Positions 56,109 to 64,000 of a DNA stretch of 64,000 bases are shown piece after piece. The stretch lies in contig CAWBDS010000005.1 in the NCBI GenBank assembly GCA_963787645.1, forward strand, positions 56,749 through 120,748, in the 5' to 3' direction. Source of the DNA: an uncultured Actinomycetes bacterium (lineage in GTDB: Bacteria; Actinomycetota; Actinomycetes; Streptosporangiales; Streptosporangiaceae). Every line of letters starts with the position of its first letter. Within the stretch, counting starts at the first letter, position 1. The translations under genes were made by a program, and so were the position numbers. A model generated the notes under the pieces. That model worked only from the letters and a program-made list of their open reading frames with translations, ran no database searches and was not told the origin of the DNA.

Positions 56109-56991
56109 CGAGCGCAACCGCGACCTGATCGTCAACGTGGGCGGAACGCTCAGCCACCGCGATCAGGCGGGCGTGAGCCCGTTCGATTCGGTCGTCCAGG
56201 GCGGCAACGCGGTCTGGGAGGGCCTGCGGCTGTACGCCGGGCGCATCTTCCGGCTCGACGAGCACCTGGCCCGGCTGCGCGACTCGGCCAAGGCGCTGGC
56301 GTTCACGTCGATTCCGTCCGCCGAGCTGATCACCGAGGAGATCAAGCGCACGCTGGCCGCCAACGGCATGCGGGACGGCGTGCACATCCGGCTCACCCTG
56401 ACCCGCGGGGTGAAGATCACCTCCGGCATGGATCCCCGGCTCAACCAGGCCGGACCGACCCTGATCGTGCTGGCCGAATACAAGGACCCGGTCTACGACG
56501 TCTCCGGCATCACGCTGGTCACCGCCAGCGTGCGCCGTCCCGCCCCGGACTGCCTGGACCCCAAGATCCACCACAACAACCTGCTGCCCTCGATCATGGC
56601 CAAGATCGAGGCCAACATGGCCGGCGCCGACGACGCGGTCGTGCTCGACCAGCGCGGCTTCATCGCCGAGACCAACGCCACCCACCTGTTCCTGGTCCGC
56701 GCCGGGACGCTGGCCACCCCGACCACGGTGTCCTGCCCCGAGGGCATCACCCGGGCCGCCGTCCTGGAACTGGCCGCGGCCGCCGGCCTACCCTGCGAGA
56801 CCGGCGACTACACCCTGCCCCAGCTCTACACCGCCGACGAAGCCTTCGTCACCGGCACCATGGGCGGCCTGGTCCCGGTGATCGCCGTCGACGGCCGCCC
56901 CATCGGCGACGGCCAGCCCGGCCCGGTCACCAAGCAGCTCACCACCGCGTTCGCCGACCTGACCGCCACCACCGGCACCCCCGTCACGTAG
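56089..56991 (+). CDS. Class IV (branched-chain/D-amino-acid) aminotransferase family protein
   Basis: EGLR.Y.GRIFRLDEHL.RL..SA, K..NNL...MAK.EA...GADDA..LD..G...E....N.F.V, EAF.TGT. Overlaps the upstream gene by 20 nt. Confidence 0.85.
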   Translation: MMLQSYDERNRDLIVNVGGTLSHRDQAGVSPFDSVVQGGNAVWEGLRLYAGRIFRLDEHLARLRDSAKALAFTSIPSAELITEEIKRTLAANGMRDGVHIRLTLTRGVKITSGMDPRLNQAGPTLIVLAEYKDPVYDVSGITLVTASVRRPAPDCLDPKIHHNNLLPSIMAKIEANMAGADDAVVLDQRGFIAETNATHLFLVRAGTLATPTTVSCPEGITRAAVLELAAAAGLPCETGDYTLPQLYTADEAFVTGTMGGLVPVIAVDGRPIGDGQPGPVTKQLTTAFADLTATTGTPVT

Positions 56992-57097
56992 CCCGCCGGC
57001 CACCCAGCCCCGGTCACCCCCGGACGCGTATCACCAACCGATGAGTGCGGCACTCTACCGTCAAGAGCCATCAGAGTAAGGAGAAGGGGAAGGGGCC

Positions 57098-57786
57098 CTA
57101 GTCGCGGGTCTTGATCTTGCCGTCCTCGAGTTCCAGGACCGCATCGGCCATGCTGATCAGGTTGGGGTCGTGGGTCGCGACCAGGGCGGTCACGCCTTCG
57201 GACTCGACCACGGCGTGCAGCAGGCGCATGATCTGCTTGCCCGTCTCGAGTCGAGCTGCCCGGTGGGCTCGTCGGCCAGCAGCAACTGGGGGCTGGCCGC
57301 CAGCGCCCGGGCGATCGCGACCCGCTGCTGCTGGCCGCCGGACAGCTCGCCCGGCCGCTGCTTGGTGTGCTCGCCCAGACCAACGATGTCCAGCATGAGC
57401 CGGACTCGCTCCTCCCGTTCCTTGGGCGCCATCCCGGAGATCCGCAGCGGCACCCCGACGTTCTCGGCGGCGGACAGGATCGGGATCAGGCCGAACGACT
57501 GGAAGATGAACGCCACCGACGTGCGGCGCAGCCGCATCCGCTCGTGCTCGGACATCGACGTGACGTCGCGGTCCCCGACCCGGACGCGGCCTTCGTCGGG
57601 CAGGTCGAGGCCGCCCACAATGTTCAGCAGGGTGGTCTTGCCCGACCCCGAGCGGCCCCGCAGGGCGACCAGCTGGCCGGCGGGCACGGTGAACGAGACC
57701 CCGCGCAGCGCCTGGGTCGCGGTGCGGCCGCTGCCGAAGATCCGGACCACCCCTTCGACGGACACCATGTCGGTCAGGACGGTCAC
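57098..57786 (-). pseudogene. ABC transporter ATP-binding protein (MacB/LolD-type), one frame break as assembled
   Basis: Walker A GRSGSGKTT, signature LSGGQQQR and Walker B LLLADEPTGQLDS are followed in another frame by ETGKQIMRLL...THDP. The sequence reads gactcgagacg where gactcgGagacg would restore the frame (57244-57256). Confidence 0.85.
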
Positions 57787-58739
57787 TGGGACTCCTCGGG
57801 GTTCTCGCGCCGCTGCGGCTGGTTGGCACTGTGCTGGCCGGGCCACACGCCGATGTGGTCGGGCTCGGCCTCCAGCCGGACCAGGCCGCGCATGCCGAGC
57901 GGTTCGGTCATCTCCCGCGGCAGCTGCAGGCGGCAGGCCCGGTCCAGCACCGCGTACTCGACCGCGTGCGGGACCACCTCGCCGTCCCCGGCCAAAGTGT
58001 CCCGCAGGGTCTCGGTGCTGGTCCGGCCGTCGCGGATGGCGACTACCCGGCGTACCACCGAGGAGACCGCGGGGTCGTGGGTGACGATCAGCACGGTCAC
58101 GCCGAGTTCCACGTTGGCCTTCTGCAGCGCGCTGAATACCTCGGCCGCGGTGGCCGAGTCCAGCTCGCCGGTGGGCTCGTCGGCCAGCAGCACCTTAGGC
58201 TCGTTGGTCAGCGCGACCGCGATGGCGGCCCGCTGGTTCTCGCCGCCGGACATCTGATCGGGCCTGCGGTGCAGGCAGTCGCCCAGGCCGAGCAGCTCGA
58301 GCAGCTCGACCGAACGCTCCCGGCGGGCCCGGGCCCGGACCCCGGACAGCCGCATCGGCAGCTCCACGTTCTGCTGCGCGGTCAGGTAGGGGAGCAGGTT
58401 GCGGGTGGTCTGCTGCCAGATGAAGCCGACCACCCGGCGCCGGTAGGCCAGCCGCTGCCGGGCGTTCATCGCGGCCAGGTCGTTGCCCGCCACCCGCACC
58501 GCGCCGGCCGTGGGCGTATCCAGCCCGGCCAGGATGTTCATCAGGGTGGATTTGCCGCTGCCCGACGCGCCGACCAGCGCGACGATCTCGCCCTCGTCGA
58601 CCAGCAGGTCCAGGCCCTGCAGGGCTTGGACCTCGATGCCGGCCGCGATGTAGATGCGCACCAGCCGGTCGCAGACGATCAGCGAGCCCGCGCCGAAGTC
58701 CCGGTGGTGCCGCGCCGATTCCGCGCCCAGGTCCGCCAC
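57783..58739 (-). CDS. ABC transporter ATP-binding protein with an approximately 95-aa C-terminal extension
   Basis: GASGSGKST, MSGGENQR, LLADEPTGELD, THDP. An extra C-terminal region follows the ABC domain. GTGA overlap with the downstream ATPase gene. Confidence 0.85.
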   Translation of the reverse strand: MADLGAESARHHRDFGAGSLIVCDRLVRIYIAAGIEVQALQGLDLLVDEGEIVALVGASGSGKSTLMNILAGLDTPTAGAVRVAGNDLAAMNARQRLAYRRRVVGFIWQQTTRNLLPYLTAQQNVELPMRLSGVRARARRERSVELLELLGLGDCLHRRPDQMSGGENQRAAIAVALTNEPKVLLADEPTGELDSATAAEVFSALQKANVELGVTVLIVTHDPAVSSVVRRVVAIRDGRTSTETLRDTLAGDGEVVPHAVEYAVLDRACRLQLPREMTEPLGMRGLVRLEAEPDHIGVWPGQHSANQPQRRENPEESQ

Positions 58740-58807
58740 GCTGATCTGGGGGGACGACCCCCTTGACCCCCCGGCGAAGGCATGCTCATGTTCGTCTCCT
58801 CTGCCTA

Positions 58808-61562
58808 CTAGTTTGCCCGCAAAATGCCGGCGATACCGCGGCGGTGCAACGTCCTGGCCTCGGCGACCAGAGCCGCCACGGCCAGGACCAGGACGCCCGC
58901 CACGGGCACGCCGAGCGCGCTCACGTCGGGCTGGAACAGCACGGGGGTACTGGCCCCGGTAAACGCGGACAGGTCGATCGACGAGCCGATCAGGTGCGGC
59001 AGGACCAGGGCGCAGACCAGGCCGGCCACCACCGCGGCCAGCACCGCGGGCATCGCCTCGGCCATGACCAGCCTGGTATCGCGTTCGTGGCCCATCACGG
59101 TGAGCCGGGCCAGGGTCAGTTCGCGCTCGGCCGACCCCAGGGCCAGCCCCAGGATGACGATCAGCAGGCCGAGCACCGCCGCTTCGGCCAGGGTGAACAC
59201 GACGATCAGCGCGGCGCCGTGCGGCAGCGGGGAGTTGGTCAAGGAGTTGAGCACGGCCGACCGGTAGACGATCGTGCTGTCCGGGATGATCCGGTTGATC
59301 AGGGCGGTCAGCGGCCCTCGTCGATCGCCGAGCCGCTGATCAGGAGCATGTTGGGGGCCGGCTGCCCGGCCGGGCCGGGCAGGGTCAGCTGGGGCATGAC
59401 CACGAACGTGCCGCCACCGGGCTGCGCCGGGGTGCTGGTCACGATGCCCGCCACCCGCACGGTGAACGGCCGGCCGGGGTCAGCGAGGCCAGCTGTACCG
59501 TGCCGTGGCCGAGCAGCGCGGCCGCGGCGGGCGAGGCCAGCACGGGTACGGCGCGGCCGGCGGCCAGGTCCTGCGCCGCTCCCGTCAGCTTGGCCAGGGC
59601 CGGGGCCGGGTACGGGGTGGTCGCGGTGACCGCCGCGTAGCTGGCCGGGTCGACCGCGGCCACCGTGACCGGCTGGCCGAACGACGTGACCCACGTCGTG
59701 TTCCACACCGCGGTGGCGTGGGTGACCCCGCGGACCGCCGCAACCGACTGGACCTCGCCGGGCGTGATCGGGCCGTCCCCGGAGGCGGGCTGGATCAGCA
59801 CGTCGGCGCCGGTCGAGTGCCAGGCCGCGGTGGTCTCGCCGCGGGCGATGGCGCCGCTGACCATCCCGGCGAAGGTGGCCAGGCTGAGCGAGAGCACCAG
59901 CGCGAACGCGGGCAGCACCCCGGTCAGCGAGGACCGGGCCGCGGCCGACAAGGCGACGAAGCCGGTCGCGCCGGTGCCGCGCGCCGACAGCCGGAGCAGG
60001 CTCCGCACGATCAGCGGGTACAGCCGCAGCGTGATCAGCACGATCGGGATGGCCACCAGCACCGGCGCCAGCATGAGCAGCAGGTTGACCTGGCCGCCGG
60101 CAGGCACACCCTGACCGTGCAGCACGACCAGGCCGGCCACGCAGGCCGCACACGCCGTGACCTCGGCTACCGGCCGCCGCCACCCGATCCGGCGCGGGCC
60201 GGTCTCGGCGGACAGGACCTGGGCCGGGTTGCTGGTCGGGGTCGCCTTGCGGTGCTCCCAGGCCGCGATCAGGGCCGGCCCGGATAGTGCGACCGCGAGC
60301 GTGATCGCGGCCAGCAGCCAGCCCAGCTGCGACGCGGCCACGTCGCCGGGGATGGCGGCCCAGGCGATGGCCACGCCGATCACCGCGGCGGGCACCGCCG
60401 CGACCAGCGCACCGCGGGCCATCAACGCCGTGACCTGGCCCAGTGACCCGCCGCGGGCACGTAGCATGGCCAGCTCCGCGGCCCGGCGGAGCACCAGCAT
60501 CCGCCCGGCGAGCAGGATCACGGCCGCGGCGATGACGACCAGGCTGGCCGACAGCAGCAGCAGCACGGTTTCGATGCCGGCCTGGGTGTTGAGGAACAGG
60601 GTCAGGTCCGGGATGAACGGCGAGGTGACGTTCAGGTTGTCCGCGGCCGGCTCGAGCGGCCCGGTCAGCCCGATGGTGACCGTGGTGGCCCGGTTGAGGG
60701 CGTTACCCAGCCCTTGGGCCTGGTCCGCGTTCAGGCCGCCGAGCGCGAGCGGGAACTCCCAGTACAGCTCCAGGCCCGGGCCGGTGAACGCGGTCTGCAT
60801 CGCGTTCAGCTGGCTGGGATCCACGAATACCCCGCCCGCCCAGTACGGTGATGAGGCTCCGGCCAGCGACGGCGCGCTGGCCAGCGGGTCCTGCGTCCAG
60901 AAGGTCGAGCCGGCCTGCTGCTGGCGGACGATCGCGGTGACGTCCAGCGTGATGTATCCGGTCGGGCTGATCAGCTTCAGGCGGCTGCCCGGGTGCACCC
61001 CGAACCGCGCCGCGGTCTGCGGGGTGACCGCCGCCGCCAGCGTCCCGGCGGGCTCCGGTCCGGCGGTCAGGCTCCCCGCCATGACCTGGGTATTGCCGGC
61101 CAGCGAGTTGCGGTAGAGCACCTCAATCTTGGGCGGCTTGCCGTTCAGCTGCGCGCTGGGGGCCGCGCCCGAGGCGACCTCGGCGGTGGTCGTGCCCAGC
61201 CCGTACCAGGCGCCGGACCCGAGCGGCAGCGGCAGGCCGGCCAGGCTGGTCTTGATCTCCTGGGTGGCCAGGGCCAGCCGGCCCAAGGTCAGGTTCAGGT
61301 TGGCCACCGGGACGTTCTGGTTGCCCCCGCTGAAGTTGACTAGCGAGTCGACGAAGTTGGTCCAGTTCGCGCTGATCTGCACGGTCTTGACCGTGGGCGC
61401 GAGCCTGTCCGTGGTCTGGTGCAGCGCCTCGGACCGGGCGTTCAGGCCCAGCGCGGGCCCGGCCATGGCGGCGAACACGCACCCGCAGACCAGCAGGCCC
61501 AGGGCCAGCGTGGCGGCCACCGCTCCGCCCACCGCCTTGGTCAGGCCGTACCGCAGCCTCAT
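58808..61562 (-). pseudogene. Large FtsX-family ABC permease (two FtsX modules, big extracytoplasmic loops), two frame breaks as assembled
   Basis: ORF 59439..61562 continues as GRPFTVRVAGIVTSTP... (break near 59468-59482 in a C4 run) and again as LTALINRIIPDSTIVYRSAVLNSL... (break near 59307-59320). Each break is repaired by adding 1 nt. Confidence 0.8.
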
Positions 61563-61596
61563 GCTGTGCTCCCCGCTCGCCTACGGGGCGCTTTAA

Positions 61597-61648
61597 GGTA
61601 CCGCCTTCCTTCGTCGCTCCTTCGTCGCTCCTCAGTCCAGGCGGTACC
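61597..61648. repeat. 9-bp perfect inverted repeat (GGTACCGCC...GGCGGTACC) enclosing a 2 x 11-bp tandem repeat (tccttcgtcgc)
   Basis: Read directly. Lies in the 103-bp gap between the two FtsX genes. Confidence 0.6.
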
Positions 61649-61665
61649 GCGCCCCTGCGGCTCGC

Positions 61666-64000
61666 TCATGCGGCTTCCGCGGCGCGCAGCGCGGCCGCGG
61701 CGTCTGGCCGCCGGGCGATGGTGAACGCTGCGGCCAGCACCGGCAGAACGGCCACCGCCAGGGCCAGCGGCAGCGTCTGCGCCCAGCCGAACTGGATCAG
61801 CACCGGCGGCACCGGCGTGGTCGCCGAGGAGGTCAGCGTGATCGCCGGGACCAGCAGCTCGGCCAGGACCACGCCCAGGATCAGCCCGGCCACCGCCGAG
61901 GGCAGGCTGAGCATGAGCTTCTCCAGGCACAGCTGGCCCGCCGCCGAGCGCGGCGGCACGCCCAGCGCGGCCAGCAGCGCGTTCTCCGCGCGCCGCTGCC
62001 GCACGCCGGCCGCGATGCTGACGCAGAAGCCGGTGATGGCCAGGACCGCGGCGGCGAGGGCCACCACCAGCAGGGCCTGCTGCGGCACGGTAGACAGCGG
62101 GTCGCTCAGCAGCCCGGCCGCGACCCCGGCCGCGCTGGTGATGTCCGATCCGGGCGGCAGGTCGCCGGCCAGCCCGGCCGGGACGGCGGCGGCGGACGGC
62201 CCGCTCGCGCCGCCCGAGGTGGCCAGCCACCACTGGTTCGGCTGGGCGGGGGGCAGTGCGCTGCTGGTCAGCGCGTCCTGCAGGCTGTTGAAGTCGACCA
62301 GCAGGCCGCCGCCGCTGCCGGTCACGGTCGGGAACGTGGTCACCTGGCCCACGATCCGCACGCTCAGCACCGCGCCGTTGACGTCGACCTGGACCAGGGA
62401 TCCGACGCTGGAGCTGGTCGCGGCCAGGAACCGCTGGGTGGCGATGGCGGGCAGCACCGCCACCGGGGGCGTCCCGGTCAGCATGAGCTCACCGCTGACC
62501 GGGCTCGGGGGCGCGCTGGTGCCGCTGGCCGCGAGCCCGAAGCCGGTGTCGAGCGTGACCGCCAGCACGCCGCCCGAGGCGCTCTTGATGACCTGACCGG
62601 GCGTGCCCGACGGGCAGGCCGTGCCGTTGGTCTGGCGGGCGCCGGCCAGCTCGACCGACGAGGCCGCGGCCGGCCAGCTCCCGAGCGCCGTGCCGGCCAC
62701 CGCGCTGGTGCCCGGCCCGGCCGAGAAGCTGTCCACGGTGAAGGTCGCGGCCCCGGCCGGCTTTCGGCCGGCAGCGTGTAGTCCAGGCTGACCGAGGTCA
62801 GGCGCAGCGGGTAGAGGGCCCCGCCCGCCGCCCCGCCGGCCTGGTTGGCCAGGTTGATGCGCAGCGTGTGGTCCCGGCCGTCGGCGGTCAGCTGCCCCGC
62901 GTCGAGCTGGTAGACGTTGCCCGCGGCGTCCTGCACCGACACGTTCACCGTGGCCGGCGCCAGCCCCAGCGAGGCCGGGCCGAGCCGCGCCGTGAGCTGC
63001 ACGTCGGCCGTGCGTCCGGGCAGGGCCACGCCCGACGGCGGCCCGGTGCGGGCGATCTTGCCGAACAGCGTGGCCGCGTTCTGCGCGGACTGGTCGGCGC
63101 GCATCAGCACCACCGAAGCGGCCTGGCTCGAGCCGACCGCCAGCAGCTCGCTGTTGTTGACCGTCTGCGGGTAGGTCGCCACCGGCATGGCGTGCTGCAC
63201 TCCGGGCAGCTGGGCCAGGCCGGCCGCCTGGGTCGCCGACAGCGGCTGGCTGGCGTCGACCTGCACGTCGGCGCCCGCGCTGAACGCGGCCTGATCGTGG
63301 TCCGACCGGGTCCAGCTCTGCCGCTGGGACAGGGCCAGCGTCCCGGTCGCCACGGCCAGCACGATCAGCAGCGCCGCGCCGCCCTGCCGGATCGGCTGCC
63401 GGCTGATCTGCCAGCTGGCCAGCGCGGCGGTCAGCCGCCGGCCGCGCGCGGCCAGCCGGTCGCCGGCCTTGCCGCCCGCGGGCAGCAGGCGCAGCGCCAG
63501 GACGGTGCCGCCCGCCAGGGCCAGCGCCGGCGCGATGACCACCACCGGGTCGATGCCGAAGTTGCCGTTGGCCCCCGCCGAGACCGCCGAGTAGTGCCGC
63601 AGCTGCCAGCCCGCGAGTACGGCCAGCACGATCAGGGCCAGGTCCGCGCCCGCCCGGCTGACCCCGGAAATCGCCGCCTGCCGCCCCCGCCGGGCCCGGG
63701 CCGCGCCCGGCGCCACCGTGCTCAGCGCCGGGAGCAGCATGATCACCGCCGCGACCACCGCGACCGCCAGGGCGGCCAGCCAGGCCCCGGTGGTCGGCCC
63801 GGTCCCCGAACCCGCCGAAGCCCCGGAGGTCAGCAGCCGGGCCAGCAGCACGCCGAGCACCCCGCCCGCGGCCGCGGACAGCACGCACAGCGGGATCGCC
63901 TCGGCCGCGGTCAGCCGGACCAGCTGCCACCGGGTCGCGCCGCGCGCGGTCAGCATCGCGGATTCACCCTCGCGCTGACCGGACAGCAGCCGGGCCGCGG
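61666..64000 (-). pseudogene. Second large FtsX-family ABC permease; 5' end outside the window; one frame break as assembled
   Basis: The frame of ORF 62478..63956 stays open to position 64000 (AARLLSGQREGESAMLTARGATRWQL is FtsX-like). It continues after about 62755-62775 in the frame of ORF 61666..63930 (...RKPAGAATFTVDSF... to ...RRAENALLAALG...). Repaired by adding 1 nt. Confidence 0.8.

Noticed and set aside
58740-58807. G6-ACGA-C5 mini-hairpin between the FtsX and ATPase genes as an attenuator.
   Set aside because: It has only a 5-6-bp G/C stem in a G/C-rich genome, and no supporting features.

Overview
High-G+C actinobacterial chromosomal DNA (dprE1 and a mycothiol-dependent formaldehyde dehydrogenase are present), densely coding on both strands. 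I recognised no rRNA, tRNA, CRISPR array, transposase or integrase.

Layout:
- 1-5.4 kb: dprE1 3' part, an AT-richer leader followed by a small ORF coupled to a Nudix-box protein, and a divergent TetR/MFS pair.
- 5.5-13.4 kb: a minus-strand Lsr-like operon (SorC regulator, Rpe-like, VOC, 2-hydroxyacid dehydrogenase, LsrK, LsrF, APC permease).
- 13.6-15 kb: a MEDS/RsbW-like sensor and a DUF488 protein.
- 15-21.6 kb: a PHA locus (fadD-like, phaC, phaZ, acyl-CoA dehydrogenase) plus an SDR and a USP.
- 21.6-22.5 kb: gene fragments.
- 23.0-23.9 kb: xthA.
- 23.9-44.7 kb: the main feature. This is an NRPS/PKS-free biosynthetic cluster of two divergent operons. It encodes a SidA/IucD-type N-hydroxylase, a stand-alone cupin, a stand-alone MetRS paralog and a DAO-type FAD oxidase, which together match the parts list of the bacterial hydrazine (N-N bond) synthetase. 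It also encodes four ATP-grasp ligases, a methyltransferase, a PduX-like kinase, a fold-type-II PLP enzyme, an ArgH-like lyase, an FAD/NAD(P)-binding protein, an amidohydrolase, a secreted beta-helix-like protein and two paralogous MFS exporters.
- 44.7-48.1 kb: DUF885, YjbR and a decayed 2,3-dihydroxybenzoate-AMP ligase.
- 48.2-57 kb: NfeD/flotillin, a large membrane protein, a GT2, PhzF-family protein, mscR, and a sulfotransferase-like/class IV aminotransferase pair.
- 57.1-64 kb: a four-gene ABC system (two ATPases, two large FtsX permeases).

Caveat: at least eight genes show single-site frame breaks. Seven of the breaks are repaired by adding one nucleotide. Two adjacent-gene pairs are joined in frame with no stop codon. 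This looks at least partly like assembly indel error, so pseudogene calls are provisional.
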